This document shows, one piece after another, positions 19,989-32,457 of a DNA stretch of 64,000 nucleotides. The stretch is taken from positions 961,759 to 1,025,758 of the forward strand of contig JAXGPA010000001.1 in the NCBI GenBank assembly GCA_040767195.1, read 5' to 3'. The position numbers and the translations under genes are program-made. Under the pieces are notes generated by a model. It had not been told where the DNA came from. It was given only the letters and a program-made list of their open reading frames with translations, and did no database searches. Positions within the stretch are counted from its first letter, which is position 1; the number at the start of each line of letters is the position of its first letter. The DNA is from Syntrophales bacterium. GTDB taxonomy: Bacteria > Desulfobacterota > Syntrophia > Syntrophales > UBA6807.

Positions 19989-20906
19989 GTGACGGAAACG
20001 AATCGTCCGATCCCGGCACGTCCCGATTCCGTGGTGTATGCCAGGCTTCTTGTTACCGCCCTTTTCTGGGGCGGCACGTTCATAGCTGGAAGATCCCTGT
20101 CCCAGGACATGGCGCCTTTTTCCGCCGCCTTTCTCAGGTTTGCCTTTGCCTCCCTCTTTCTGGTCACCATGGTTTCTTACAGGGAAGGGGGCCTTCCCAG
20201 GCCTGAAAAAAGCATTCTCGTTTCCTTGTTTTTCCTCGGGATGACGGGTGTTTTTCTGTATAATTTCTTCTTTTTTTCAGGGCTCAGGTTCATCCCCGCC
20301 GGCCGGGCGTCTCTCATCATCGCGGCAAATCCCGTCTTCATCGCCCTGTTCGCCGCCGTTTTTTTTCGGGAAAAACTTTCGCCTCTTCGGATTTTCGGAA
20401 TCCTTCTTTGTGTCACCGGGGCCGTCACCGTCATATCGCGAGGGAATCTGCCGTCCCTTTTTACCGGAGACATCGGCCGGGGGGAGCTTCTCATCCTCGG
20501 CTGCGTGGCCAGCTGGGTCCTCTATTCCCTGATCGGGAAGCACGTCATGGGACGAATGTCCCCCATGGCGGCCGTGACGTGGTCCTGTATCATCGGCGCG
20601 GCAGCCCTCCTGCCGGCGGCGGCGGCGGAAGGCCTTTTCCCCGCTCTCCGGGACATTTCACCGAAAAACTGGGCAAGCCTTTTTTATCTCGGTTTTTTCG
20701 GTTCCGCTCTCGGCTTTACATGGTACTACGACGGGATTTTGCGGATCGGCCCCTCCCGGGCGGGGATTTTCATCAACTTCGTACCGCTTTTCGCCGTTGC
20801 CCTTGCTTTCGTGATTCTCCATGAATCCCTGGACAGGAGCCTCCTGGCAGGCGCTTTCCTCGTTATATCCGGTGCATATCTTACGAATCGAAAAACCGCG
20901 GCTTGA
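19989..20906 (+). CDS. DMT/EamA family transporter (start uncertain, 19980 or 19989)
   Basis: FWGGTFIAGR, AFLRF, two EamA repeats, IGPSRAGIFINFVP. Confidence 0.88.
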   Translation: MTETNRPIPARPDSVVYARLLVTALFWGGTFIAGRSLSQDMAPFSAAFLRFAFASLFLVTMVSYREGGLPRPEKSILVSLFFLGMTGVFLYNFFFFSGLRFIPAGRASLIIAANPVFIALFAAVFFREKLSPLRIFGILLCVTGAVTVISRGNLPSLFTGDIGRGELLILGCVASWVLYSLIGKHVMGRMSPMAAVTWSCIIGAAALLPAAAAEGLFPALRDISPKNWASLFYLGFFGSALGFTWYYDGILRIGPSRAGIFINFVPLFAVALAFVILHESLDRSLLAGAFLVISGAYLTNRKTAA

Positions 20907-20986
20907 AAATGTTCAAGATGTTCCTTGACGGGCCTGGAAATTGCTTTATATTGGAAAAACAGTAAAATGAAATTCGAGGGAACGAC

Positions 20987-21478
20987 ATGAAGCGAAAGCT
21001 GCTGTTAGTATTCTTTTTCATGATTGTCCTTCTCCCTGTCGCCCTGTCCGGCGACAGGGTGGAGGGGAAAAACACGGTGACCCCCATCGATCACGCCGGT
21101 TTTCAGGGCATTCTCAAAAACGCGTCCTGCCCAGTCATGGTCGTCGCCATGGCTGCATGGTGCGCGCCCTGCCGGGAAGAGCTCCCGACGCTCGGCAATC
21201 TTTACCGGAAATACAAGGACAAGGGGTTCAACATGATCGGCCTCAGCCTGGATGTAGGAGGGCCCGGGGTGATCCAGCCCATCGTGGACAGGATGGACGT
21301 TCCTTTTCCTGTTTTCTGGGGGGGCGATAAGCTGGCCTTTCGATACCGCATCTCGGCCATACCCCTTATCATGATCGTCCACAAGGGCGAAGTGAAGGAA
21401 AAGATCATCGGTCAGCGTTCCGAATCGTTCCTTGAAGAAAAAGTGACCGCCATGCTGACCGAGTGCAAGGCCCTGTAA
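20987..21478 (+). CDS. TlpA-like exported thioredoxin-fold disulfide reductase
   Basis: Signal peptide; AAWCAPCREELP; cis-Pro loop ISAIP. Confidence 0.88.
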   Translation: MKRKLLLVFFFMIVLLPVALSGDRVEGKNTVTPIDHAGFQGILKNASCPVMVVAMAAWCAPCREELPTLGNLYRKYKDKGFNMIGLSLDVGGPGVIQPIVDRMDVPFPVFWGGDKLAFRYRISAIPLIMIVHKGEVKEKIIGQRSESFLEEKVTAMLTECKAL

Positions 21479-21635
21479 CGCCGTCTTTTGGTCTTTTTGC
21501 ACCATGACAGTCTCGCGAACTACAGCGCCGGGACAGGGGGCCGAAGACCGGGATAGCGCAGCGGTCCGATGCCGGACCTGGAAATTACCGGTGCCGCACC
21601 GGTGCTTTTGTCGAAACCGTCAAGGTGGTGGGAAA

Positions 21636-21767
21636 GTGAAAAACCTGCCTTTTCTGGTCATCGTTCTGTCCCTCCTTCTTTTTCTCGGCGGTCTGAACCT
21701 GGGGGAACCCGCTTTCGTCTGGGAGCGGGCCGTCCGGATCTGCCTCAGCTGTATCGGGATCGGGTGA
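21636..21767 (+). CDS. Small membrane CXXC-motif protein (CD1871A-like, 43 aa)
   Basis: TM helix then GEPAFVWERAVRICLSCIGIG; GTG start; TGATG coupling to the next gene. Confidence 0.75.
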   Translation: MKNLPFLVIVLSLLLFLGGLNLGEPAFVWERAVRICLSCIGIG

Positions 21768-22732
21768 TGGAGTTCCTTCGCCGCTGGGTTCAGGCCGTCG
21801 CGACAGCCCTCACGAACGGGTACCTTGTCTTTCCCTGGACAAAGACGATCTACCAGGGAAGGCTGAAAGCCTTCTGTGTTCCAGGACTTAACTGTTATTC
21901 CTGCCCCGCCGCCGCCGGGGCCTGCCCCCTGGGCGCCCTCCAGAACTTTTTCGCCTATTTTCGCGCCGGCCTGCGGGAGGGGATTTTCATGCCGGGGATC
22001 TACGTTGTCGGGTTCCTCGGGATTCTGGGCGGGTTTGTCGGAAGAATGCCATGCGCCTGGCTTTGCCCTTTCGGCCTTTTACAGGAGCTCCTCCACAAGA
22101 TCCCGTCACCCAAGAAGGAATTTCCGTTCTTCCTCCGCTTCGTCAAATACGGCTTCCTCCTCTTCTTCGTTTTACTGCTCCCCCTTCTCGTGGTGGACGA
22201 ATTCGGTTATGGGGTTACCTGGTTCTGTAAATTCGTCTGTCCCGCCGGCACCCTCGAGGCCGGTCTCCCCATGATGGCTCTTGAACCGGGGTTCCGGGAT
22301 CTCGCCGGGGTCCTCTTCAGCTGGAAAGTTTCTCTTCTCGTCCTCTTCGTGGCGGCGGCCGTCGCGTACCGGCGCCCGTTCTGCCGGGTCGTCTGCCCCC
22401 TGGGAGCGATCTATTCCCTCTTCAACCGCGTCAGCCTGTTCCGGATGACTTACCACCCCGATCGCTGCATTCACTGCGGGGCCTGCGCCCGGAACTGCCC
22501 CATGGGGGTCCGTCCCTACGAAGCGGTCAACCAGGCAGACTGCATACGGTGCCTGCGGTGCGTCTACGAGTCCTGTCCCACGGGGGCCCTTTCCTGGGGA
22601 ATACCGTCAAAAAAGAGCGTCCATGAGGTCTCTCACGTGGGCGATGGGAACAAGGTCGAGCCCCTCCCGGGACAGGTTCTCCCCGGGAACGCTCCGGGGG
22701 AGAAGGATCCTGGCGAACCCCATCTTCGATGA
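21767..22732 (+). CDS. Membrane 4Fe-4S binding protein (NapH/RdxA/YccM-like)
   Basis: CVPGLNCYSCP...CPLGALQ, C.WLCPFGLLQE, FCKFVCPAG, RPFCRVVCPLGA, two CxxCxxCxxxCP-type motifs. Confidence 0.88.
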   Translation: MEFLRRWVQAVATALTNGYLVFPWTKTIYQGRLKAFCVPGLNCYSCPAAAGACPLGALQNFFAYFRAGLREGIFMPGIYVVGFLGILGGFVGRMPCAWLCPFGLLQELLHKIPSPKKEFPFFLRFVKYGFLLFFVLLLPLLVVDEFGYGVTWFCKFVCPAGTLEAGLPMMALEPGFRDLAGVLFSWKVSLLVLFVAAAVAYRRPFCRVVCPLGAIYSLFNRVSLFRMTYHPDRCIHCGACARNCPMGVRPYEAVNQADCIRCLRCVYESCPTGALSWGIPSKKSVHEVSHVGDGNKVEPLPGQVLPGNAPGEKDPGEPHLR

Positions 22733-23968
22733 TTCCCGGACCCGGGCGTCGATCCTGCCGACTCCCCGGATTTCCCCGGTCAGTCCCACCTCGCCGCACA
22801 CCACCGTGCGGCGGTCGATGGGCCGGTTCAGAAAACTGGACAGGAGGGAGGACACGATCCCCACATCGACGGCCGGTTCGTTAAGCCGAACCCCCCCGGC
22901 CACATTCATGTAAATGTCGTGGTTGTTGAGGTTGAACCCGCCGATCCGGTCCATGACCGCCGCGAGGAGGGACACCCGGTTGTGGTCCACGCCGATGGTT
23001 GTCCGCCGGGGCATGCCGAACTGGGTCTCGCTCGTCAGGGCCTGAATTTCCACGAGAATGGGCCTTGTGCCTTCCATGCTCGGAACGACGACGGAGCCGG
23101 GGGCCCCTTCCGGCCTTTCCGTCAGAAAAAGGGCGGAAGGATTGGCCACCTCGGTGAGCCCCCTCTCGCCCATTTCGAAAACACCGATTTCATTGCTCGG
23201 CCCGTAGCGGTTTTTCACGCTCCGGACGATGCGGAACGGGTGGCCCGATTCACCCTGGAAATAGAGAACGGCATCCACCATGTGCTCCAGCACCCGGGGA
23301 CCGGCGATGGACCCGTCCTTGGTGACATGGCCGATGAGAAAGACGGGAATGCCCGTTTTCTTGGCCAGGAGAATGAGTTGCTCCGACGATTCCCGGACCT
23401 GTCCCACGCTTCCCGGGGCGGAGGCGAGATCGGCGGAATAGAGCGTCTGTATGGAATCCACGACCACGACATGGGGTGCCGCCGACCGGATTTCCCTGAG
23501 GATTTTTTCCAGGGCGATTTCCACGTAGACGAGGAGGTTTTCCGACGAGGCCCCGACCCGGCTTCCCCGGAGCTTGATTTGCCTCGCCGACTCTTCTCCC
23601 GAAATGTAAAGTCCCCGGTTTCCCCTTCGGGCGAGGGCCTCCACGACCTGGAGCATGAGGGTGGATTTTCCGATTCCCGGGTCGCCGCCCACGAGAACGG
23701 AAGACCCCGGGACAATGCCGCCGCCGAGGACCCGGTCCATCTCTGCGATTCCCGTGAGGATCCTTTCCCCGTCGTCCGCCTCGATCCGGTCGATGGGAAC
23801 GGGGCCGTCGTCCTTTCCGGGACCGGAATAGCGGGGATATCCCGAGTCGCTGCGGGTTCCCCGTTCTTCAACGAACCGGTTCCACTCTCCGCAGGCGGGA
23901 CATCGACCCAACCACTTGGGCGACTCGTAACCGCAGCTCTGACAGAAAAAGAGCGTTTTTTCCTTCAT
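22607..23968 (-). CDS. radA: DNA repair protein RadA/Sms
   Basis: C4 zinc finger CQSC..KWLGRCPAC, GGDPGIGKSTL, KNRYG motif, Lon-like C-terminus. Confidence 0.97.
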   Translation of the reverse strand: MKEKTLFFCQSCGYESPKWLGRCPACGEWNRFVEERGTRSDSGYPRYSGPGKDDGPVPIDRIEADDGERILTGIAEMDRVLGGGIVPGSSVLVGGDPGIGKSTLMLQVVEALARRGNRGLYISGEESARQIKLRGSRVGASSENLLVYVEIALEKILREIRSAAPHVVVVDSIQTLYSADLASAPGSVGQVRESSEQLILLAKKTGIPVFLIGHVTKDGSIAGPRVLEHMVDAVLYFQGESGHPFRIVRSVKNRYGPSNEIGVFEMGERGLTEVANPSALFLTERPEGAPGSVVVPSMEGTRPILVEIQALTSETQFGMPRRTTIGVDHNRVSLLAAVMDRIGGFNLNNHDIYMNVAGGVRLNEPAVDVGIVSSLLSSFLNRPIDRRTVVCGEVGLTGEIRGVGRIDARVRESSKMGFARILLPRSVPGENLSREGLDLVPIAHVRDLMDALF

Positions 23969-24209
23969 CGGGGCGCTTGAGGGTCTTCCTTCGAAAACAG
24001 AGGATTTTCTCCACTATAGGGCCCTTTGGGGCTCTCGTCAACTGAAAGGAAACCCCTTGTTTAAAGGTGTAATATCTGATATCTGAATTTTCTTGGAATA
24101 ACGAGGAAAGAGAGCAGGGGGCGCGGTAAAGGAGGTTGAAAAAGGGCTGTCATCGCGGAGGGATTGACCTCCGTGGCCCCCTATCACGAAAGAGAGGTTT
24201 CGAAGAGAC

Positions 24210-25334
24210 ATGAACAATCCCAATTTCAGCTCCGGGCCCTGCAGCAAGAGGCCGGGATGGCATCTCGGCCTTCTGGAAGACGCCGCCCTGGGCCGTTCAC
24301 ACCGAAGCGCCCTGGGAAAGTCCAAGTTGGCCAGGGCCATCGCGGAAAGCAAGGATCTCCTCGGTGTTCCCGCCGATTATCTTCTGGGAATCCTGCCCGG
24401 TTCCGACACGGGGGCCTTCGAGGCGGCCCTGTGGTCGATCCTCGGGCCGAGACCGGTCACCGTCCTGGTTTGGGAAAGCTTCAGCGAGGGATGGGCCACG
24501 GACGTGGAAAAACAACTCAAGCTGAAACCGACGGTTCTTCGGGCCGATTACGGAAAAATCCCGGACCTGAGGCAGGTGGACTGGACGACGGATGTCATTT
24601 TTGTGGCCAACGGCACCACGAGCGGCGTGAAAGTACCCCATTGGGACTGGATTCCCGCCGACCGGCAGGGGCTCACGCTTTGTGACGCCACCAGCGCCGC
24701 CTTCGCCATGCCCATCGACTGGTCGCGGGTGGACGTGCTCACCTATTCGTGGCAGAAATGCCTCGGCGGAGAAGCGGCCCACGGCGTCCTCGTTCTCGGT
24801 CCCCGGGCCGTGGAGCGCATCGAATCCTACGATCCCCCCTGGCCCATGCCCAAGGTTTTCCGCATGAAGAAGGGCGGAAAGCTGAACCGTGCCATTTTTG
24901 ACGGTGATACCATCAACACCCCGTCCATGCTCTGCGTGGAAGACTACCTGGACAGCCTCCAGTGGGCGAAATCGATCGGCCTGACGGGACTTTTCGATCG
25001 TTCCCTGAAAAATCTTCAGATCGTGGAAGACTGGGTGAAAAAAACGGACTGGGTCGATTTTCTGGCCGAAAGTCCGGAGATACGGTCCAACACCTCCGTG
25101 TGCCTGAAGGTGACCCATCCCCGCTTCACCGCCATGGACCGGGAATCCCAATCCCGGTTCGTCAAGGACGTTTCGGGGGTTTTGAGCCGGGAAGGGGCGG
25201 CCCACGACATCGCCTCCTACAAGGACGCGCCCCCCGGGTTCCGCATCTGGTGCGGACCGACCGTCGCGTCCGATGATGTGAAAGGCGCCGTCGCGGCTCT
25301 GGACAGGGTCTTTCGGGAAAAGATGGCCGAATAA
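24210..25334 (+). CDS. serC: Phosphoserine aminotransferase (Methanosarcina/alphaproteobacterial type)
   Basis: [50 protein letters not shown]; adjacent to serA. Confidence 0.92.
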   Translation: MNNPNFSSGPCSKRPGWHLGLLEDAALGRSHRSALGKSKLARAIAESKDLLGVPADYLLGILPGSDTGAFEAALWSILGPRPVTVLVWESFSEGWATDVEKQLKLKPTVLRADYGKIPDLRQVDWTTDVIFVANGTTSGVKVPHWDWIPADRQGLTLCDATSAAFAMPIDWSRVDVLTYSWQKCLGGEAAHGVLVLGPRAVERIESYDPPWPMPKVFRMKKGGKLNRAIFDGDTINTPSMLCVEDYLDSLQWAKSIGLTGLFDRSLKNLQIVEDWVKKTDWVDFLAESPEIRSNTSVCLKVTHPRFTAMDRESQSRFVKDVSGVLSREGAAHDIASYKDAPPGFRIWCGPTVASDDVKGAVAALDRVFREKMAE

Positions 25335-25364
25335 CGGCTTGATGAAGATTAAGGAGCTCCTAAT

Positions 25365-26951
25365 ATGACACAGAAGGTACTCATCAGCGATACGCTGTCG
25401 AAGGAAGGAATCGAAATTCTGAAAAAAGCGCCGGGGATCGAGGCGGATGTCATGACCAACCTGACCAAGGAAGAGTTGAAAGGGGTCATCAAGGATTACG
25501 ACGGTCTCGTCATTCGCAGCGCCACGAAGGTCACCGCCGAAATCATCGATGCCGCCGTGAAACTGAAAGTCATCGGGCGAGCGGGCATCGGGCTGGACAA
25601 CGTCGACGCCGCCGCGGCGAGCAAGCGGGGGATCGTCGTCATGAATACTCCGGGCGGCAACACGATCACCACGGCGGAACACGCCATCGCCATGATGTTG
25701 TCCCTGGCCCGTAAGATTCCCCAGGCCACCGGTTCCATGAAGACGGGAAAGTGGGAAAAGAGCAAATTCATGGGATCCGAAGTCTACAACAAGACCCTCG
25801 GCGTCGTCGGCATGGGCCGTGTTGGCTCCATCGTCGCCAACCGGGCCCAGGGGCTTCGGATGAACGTCCTCGCCTACGACCCCTTCCTGTCGCCCGAGGC
25901 GGCGGAAAAAATGGGCATCACCCTGGTTTCTTTCGACAAACTCCTCGCGGAAGCGGATTTCATCACCATTCACACGCCCCTGACGGCGGAAACCCGGAAC
26001 CTCATCAACAAGGTCACCATCGAGAAAATGAAAAAGGGCGTCTATATCATCAACTGCGCCCGGGGAGGAATCGTGTGCGAGGCGGATCTCCAGGAGGCCC
26101 TCGCGTCCGGCCGGGTGGGGGGAGCGGCCCTCGATGTATTCGAGGAGGAACCGACGAAGAACCGGGAACTTCTCGCCATGGAGAACCTGATCGCAACACC
26201 GCACCTGGGAGCCTCCACAGACGAGGCGCAGCGAAACGTGGCCATCGCCATCGCCCAGCAGGTGGCCGATTATTTCACCAAGGGCGAGATCAGAAATGCC
26301 GTGAATTTTCCCTCGGTAAGCGGTGAAATCCTGAACCTCATCCGTCCTTTCCTGACACTTGCGGAAAAGATGGGCCTGTTTCTGGCCCAGACGGTAAAAG
26401 GGGGTGTCGAGGAGGTAGAGATCACATACAGCGGCGACATCCTGGACTACAACCTGGAACCGATGACCATCGCCTTCCTCAAGGGGCTTCTCACCCCGAT
26501 CCTGAAGGAGAATGTCAACTTCATCAACGCCCCCCTCATCGCCCGTGACCGCGGAATACGGGTGATCGAATCGAGAAGTTCCGAGGCGAAGGACTACAAG
26601 AGCATGATTTCCGTCACCATGAAGACGACCCAGGATAAGGGGTACACCGCCGGGACCATATTCGGCCAGAAGGACTACCGCATTGTCCGAATCAACAAGT
26701 TCACCCTGGACGTGATTCCCGAAGGGAACATGATCGTTCTTTACAACTATGACAAGCCCGGCGTCATAGGGAACATCGGCACCACCCTGGGGGCCAGCAA
26801 TGTCAACATCGCCCGCCTCCATTTGAGCCGGCAGCAGGTGGACGGCCAGGCCCTGGTCGTTCTGACGACGGACGGGACGGTTCCCGAGGAAGTGATCCAG
26901 AGACTTCGGGATCTTCCCAACGTGATATCGGTGAACCAGCTGGAACTTTAA
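25365..26951 (+). CDS. serA: D-3-phosphoglycerate dehydrogenase (long form with ASB and ACT domains)
   Basis: GRAGIGLDNVD, GMGRVG, INCARGG, TPHLGAST, DKPGVIG ACT domain. Confidence 0.97.
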   Translation: MTQKVLISDTLSKEGIEILKKAPGIEADVMTNLTKEELKGVIKDYDGLVIRSATKVTAEIIDAAVKLKVIGRAGIGLDNVDAAAASKRGIVVMNTPGGNTITTAEHAIAMMLSLARKIPQATGSMKTGKWEKSKFMGSEVYNKTLGVVGMGRVGSIVANRAQGLRMNVLAYDPFLSPEAAEKMGITLVSFDKLLAEADFITIHTPLTAETRNLINKVTIEKMKKGVYIINCARGGIVCEADLQEALASGRVGGAALDVFEEEPTKNRELLAMENLIATPHLGASTDEAQRNVAIAIAQQVADYFTKGEIRNAVNFPSVSGEILNLIRPFLTLAEKMGLFLAQTVKGGVEEVEITYSGDILDYNLEPMTIAFLKGLLTPILKENVNFINAPLIARDRGIRVIESRSSEAKDYKSMISVTMKTTQDKGYTAGTIFGQKDYRIVRINKFTLDVIPEGNMIVLYNYDKPGVIGNIGTTLGASNVNIARLHLSRQQVDGQALVVLTTDGTVPEEVIQRLRDLPNVISVNQLEL

Positions 26952-27095
26952 TGCTGTAGACTTCGAACAGGTCCATTCGGGGGTGTCGCGGGAGGAAAAC
27001 CGCGTTGCAATTCGATAAAAAGACCAAAGGAACGGCGGGGCTTCTCGCGAAGCTTTCGAAACAGCGTTCTTGAAAACTTTTCGCAAGTCCGTTAA

Positions 27096-28874
<1,779 letters not shown>

Positions 28875-28878
<4 letters not shown>

Positions 28879-29621
28879 TTCCCGCTTCACTGGCCTCTCT
28901 CTGCCGCCTCGTCCTTCACGAAGCCTGCCCCCTGTGCGGTACCCTTCTCGAGTTGCCGGGGGGCGAAACGTTCTGTCTTTCCTGCCGGAATGCCCTTCCA
29001 CTCATCCGTTCGCCGTTATGTTTCCGGTGCGGAATGCCTTTCCGTTCCCCCGAAGGGGAGGATCATATCTGCGGGCCGTGCCTCCTCGACCCACCCCCCT
29101 TTTCATCGGCCCGGTCCCTGGGTCGATACGAAGGCCCGCTCCACGATGCCATCCACCGGTTCAAGTACCGCCGGATAATACCCCTGGGAGAAGCGCTGGG
29201 AAGGCTCATGGGCAACCTTTCCATACCGGGAACCTCCTGGACCGCTTTTGACGTGGTTTTCCCCGTTCCGCTTCACGAAAAGAAACTTCGGGCACGGGGA
29301 TTCAACCAGTCAGCCGTTCTGGCGAAGGCCCTGGCGCGGGTCGCGGCCCTCCCCCTGGATGTGTTCTCTTTCCGAAAAATTCGGGAAACAAGGCCACAGA
29401 CATTCCTCAACGCCGAAGAACGGGTAAAAAACGTCCGCGGGGTCTTTGAAGTGGTTAATCCCGACGCCGTCGAGGGAAAGGTGATTCTCCTGGTGGACGA
29501 TGTCTTTACGACGGGAAGCACGGTCAGAGAGGGTGTCCGGGAACTCCTTCGAAGGGGCGCCGCGGACGTGGCCGTGCTGACCGCTGCCCGTGCCGTGCCC
29601 CGTTTTATGGGAGGTTCCTGA
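28875..29621 (+). CDS. comF: ComF family protein (double zinc ribbon plus PRT domain)
   Basis: Four CxxC motifs, PVPLH...[19 protein letters not shown]. Confidence 0.92.
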
Positions 29622-30100
29622 TGGGGGCGGAGAAGATCGTTTCCCGGGAGACCCTCCTGGTTCTGTTGAAAGAACACAGGCGGCAGGGCCGCCGGATCGT
29701 TTTTACCAACGGGTGCTTCGACATCCTCCACGCGGGACACGTCCGGTATCTTGCCCAGGCCCGGCGGCTCGGTGACGTTCTTGTCGTGGCACTCAACACG
29801 GACCGTTCCGTCCGGTCCATCAAGGGGCCGGACCGGCCCGTCGTCAGACAGGAGGAGAGGGCTTTTGTCATGGCGGGCCTCGAATCGGTGGACTACGTTA
29901 CCTTTTTTGACGACGAAACCCCTCTCTCCCTCATCGAGGCCCTTCAACCGGACATTCTCGTCAAGGGCGGGGACTGGAAGGCCGACGGTGTCGTGGGAGG
30001 TGATTTCGTCCGCTCCAAGGGCGGTGATGTGGTCGTTCTTCCGTACCTGGAAGGGGCCTCGACGACGAACATCATCGAAAAAATCAGGCGCTCATCCTGA
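29621..30100 (+). CDS. rfaE2: D-glycero-beta-D-manno-heptose 1-phosphate adenylyltransferase
   Basis: [40 protein letters not shown]. Confidence 0.93.
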   Translation: MGAEKIVSRETLLVLLKEHRRQGRRIVFTNGCFDILHAGHVRYLAQARRLGDVLVVALNTDRSVRSIKGPDRPVVRQEERAFVMAGLESVDYVTFFDDETPLSLIEALQPDILVKGGDWKADGVVGGDFVRSKGGDVVVLPYLEGASTTNIIEKIRRSS

Positions 30101-30102
30101 AT

Positions 30103-30690
30103 ATGGAAGCGTATTCGGCTACTTCGAGAACGGAAATGACGACTCGGGCATTAAAAATCGGGAATGGGTGTTCCGGAGGAGAATTGGATCGAGGGAAGAA
30201 TGAACTCTGTCTGGCTTGCGGGCTCTGCTGCCAGGGTTATCTGCATAGCAAGGCTGCCCTGGGGGACATGGAACGGTCCCGGGCGAAGATGCTGAACATG
30301 GAAATTTCTGAAAAAAAAGGGAAGTTTTTTTTCGTTCTTCCCTGTCCTCACCATCGCCGGAATTTCTGCACGATTTATGAGGAGCGGTTCAACGTCTGCC
30401 GTCGCTATAAATGTGCGCTCCTTGAAAAGTGGTCTTGCGGGGAAGTTTCCTGGGATTCGGCTCTGGAAATCATCGAAACGGTGCGGGCCCAGTTTCAGTG
30501 TGTTAGAAGAAAATCTCCCGTGCCTTTGCCGTCGCTGACGATCAAGGCCTTGAGCGATGCTGTCCGGCAAATCGAGGAAGACACCGAGTCCCCGGGTTTT
30601 CGAGAAGAGCACCGGGAATTTTTGCTGGGCTTAACGATACTCAAATTGAGCCTCGACCGTTTTTTTTACCTTCCGTCCAAGGGTTCCTGA
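30103..30690 (+). CDS. YkgJ family (CxxCxxCC) cysteine cluster protein
   Basis: CLACGLCC, PC.....CTIYEER..VCRRYKC. Confidence 0.8.
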   Translation: MEAYSATSRTEMTTRALKIGNGCSGGELDRGKNELCLACGLCCQGYLHSKAALGDMERSRAKMLNMEISEKKGKFFFVLPCPHHRRNFCTIYEERFNVCRRYKCALLEKWSCGEVSWDSALEIIETVRAQFQCVRRKSPVPLPSLTIKALSDAVRQIEEDTESPGFREEHREFLLGLTILKLSLDRFFYLPSKGS

Positions 30691-31113
30691 GACGTCCTTG
30701 CGTCGATCGGGCGCCGGAAAGCCCCTCGTCGATCTCGCTCTGAACAGGTGGTGACAAGTAAAGCGACCACTGCCAGCAGGGAAAGAGAAGAACATGGGCA
30801 GGTCCCGGAGAGTCATCCTGGCCGTTCTGATACGGATGGCCGTGACGGGGCGTGCCGCCGTTGGGAGCAACGCACCGGGCGGCCTTTTTGACACCATCCG
30901 GCAGGATCCGTTGCGGCTGCGAATTATCTGGACCACCTGTGTTTAAAATGCCACGAAGTTTCCCTGCGCCTTGCCGCCCGTCTTGACAATTCTTTAATAT
31001 TGCCGCAAAGTTCATGTTCTTTTGTGTTTTTGCTTGAACAATTCGGGCAAGTTGTATATATGGGGAGGCGCAAACGGGGCCAAGAAATTAAAAAAAGGCA
31101 GGAACCAGATTGA

Positions 31114-31476
31114 ATGAACCAGGAACAGCTTGAATACTTTAGAAATCAGCTGAACCACAAGATCGATCAGCTTCTGGCGGATGCGGAAAAAACCCTCTTG
31201 GGCATGACCGACGACAATGAGAACCTGCCCGACATCACCGATCGGGCCTCCCTGGAGTCCGACCGGAATTTCGAGCTTCGTATCCGGGATCGGGAGAGAA
31301 AGCTCATCAACAAGATGCGGGAAGCCCTTTCACGGATTGATGACGGGACTTACGGAATCTGCGAAATGTGCGGCGGCGACATATCGGAAAAGCGCCTCAT
31401 GGCCCGCCCCGTCACAACCCTTTGTTTCGATTGCAAAACGAAACAGGAAAAGCTCGAGAAACAGCGGGGAGACTAA
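31114..31476 (+). CDS. dksA: RNA polymerase-binding protein DksA
   Basis: DxxDxA (DITDRA), RIRDRERKLI.K, C4 zinc finger CEMC..CFDC. Confidence 0.95.
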   Translation: MNQEQLEYFRNQLNHKIDQLLADAEKTLLGMTDDNENLPDITDRASLESDRNFELRIRDRERKLINKMREALSRIDDGTYGICEMCGGDISEKRLMARPVTTLCFDCKTKQEKLEKQRGD

Positions 31477-31482
31477 TTCCCG

Positions 31483-32457
31483 TCACGCCGGATCACTTCC
31501 TTCCGGGGGCCCGTACCGGGCACTCTGAAAGGAATTTCTCCGCTCCAATTCCCTGTCGATAGCATTTAAAACCGCCATTTTGTTCCGTCCCCACTCCGGG
31601 GCCAGGTAGATGTCCCGGTAACCGTCGGCGGTAAGGCGCTGGATGGTCATCTCCGGGGGGAGAATCTCCAGGATATTGCAGACCGTGTCCACGTATCGGT
31701 CCATGGTCATGAGGGAAATTTCCCCGCGCTCGTACAGTGTACCCAGGGGTGTCCCCCGAAGGGCGAGAAGGAGGTGAATCTTGATTCCCTGGACGGGAAG
31801 GGCGGCGATCCGCCGGGCCGTCTCCAGGATATCCGCTTCCGTTTCGCCGGGCAGACCGACGATGATGTGGACGCACACGAAGATGTTTTTTCCCGCCGTT
31901 CGCCCCAGGGCGTCGAGAAAGGCGTCCACGCCGTGCCCCCGGTTGAGGAACCGAAGGGTCCGGTCGTGAATGGACTGGAGACCGTATTCGACCCAGACAT
32001 GGCGTTCCCGGGCAAAGCCTGCCAAGAGATCGATGACGGGGTCGGGCACGCAGTCGGGGCGTGTCCCGACGGCAAGGCCGACCACGTCTTCCTCCCCGAG
32101 GGCCTCCTCATAGAGGGATGCGAGCTTTTCCGGCGGCCCGTAGGTATTGGTGAATGTCTGGAAATAGACGATGAACTTTTTCGCCCCCCGCCGGTCCCGG
32201 TAAAAGGCCTTCCCGGCCTGGACCTGTTCTGTCACCGAAGGCAGTGGGCCGGCCTGCCGAAGCCTGGAGCCTCGGCCGTCGCAGTAAAGGCAACCCCCCG
32301 AGGCGACGGTGCCGTCCCTGTTGGGGCAGGTGAACCCGGCGTCGATGGGGAGCTTGAAGACATTGCAGCCGAAACGGTTCCGGAAGAAACTCTTCAGGTC
32401 GTAGTAACGCTTTTCCGTGTTCCAGAAGGCCGGTTTTTTCATTTCCTGACGACTCAC
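31483..32457 (-). CDS. TIGR01212 (YhcC/YtqA-MnmL-like) radical SAM protein
   Basis: DAGFTCPNRDG....GGCLYC, YFQTFTNTY, GTRPDC, EYGLQS, NRGH, GIKIH. Confidence 0.92.
   Translation of the reverse strand: MSRQEMKKPAFWNTEKRYYDLKSFFRNRFGCNVFKLPIDAGFTCPNRDGTVASGGCLYCDGRGSRLRQAGPLPSVTEQVQAGKAFYRDRRGAKKFIVYFQTFTNTYGPPEKLASLYEEALGEEDVVGLAVGTRPDCVPDPVIDLLAGFARERHVWVEYGLQSIHDRTLRFLNRGHGVDAFLDALGRTAGKNIFVCVHIIVGLPGETEADILETARRIAALPVQGIKIHLLLALRGTPLGTLYERGEISLMTMDRYVDTVCNILEILPPEMTIQRLTADGYRDIYLAPEWGRNKMAVLNAIDRELERRNSFQSARYGPPEGSDPA

Noticed and set aside
20987..21767. Selenocysteine read-through in the redox genes
   Set aside because: Both CXXC motifs use Cys codons; TlpA ends in TAA and the miniprotein TGA overlaps the next ATG
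30744..30940. MITE bounded by ACAGGTGGT/ACCACCTGT
   Set aside because: A 9-bp inverted match is plausible by chance; no target duplication or second copy seen
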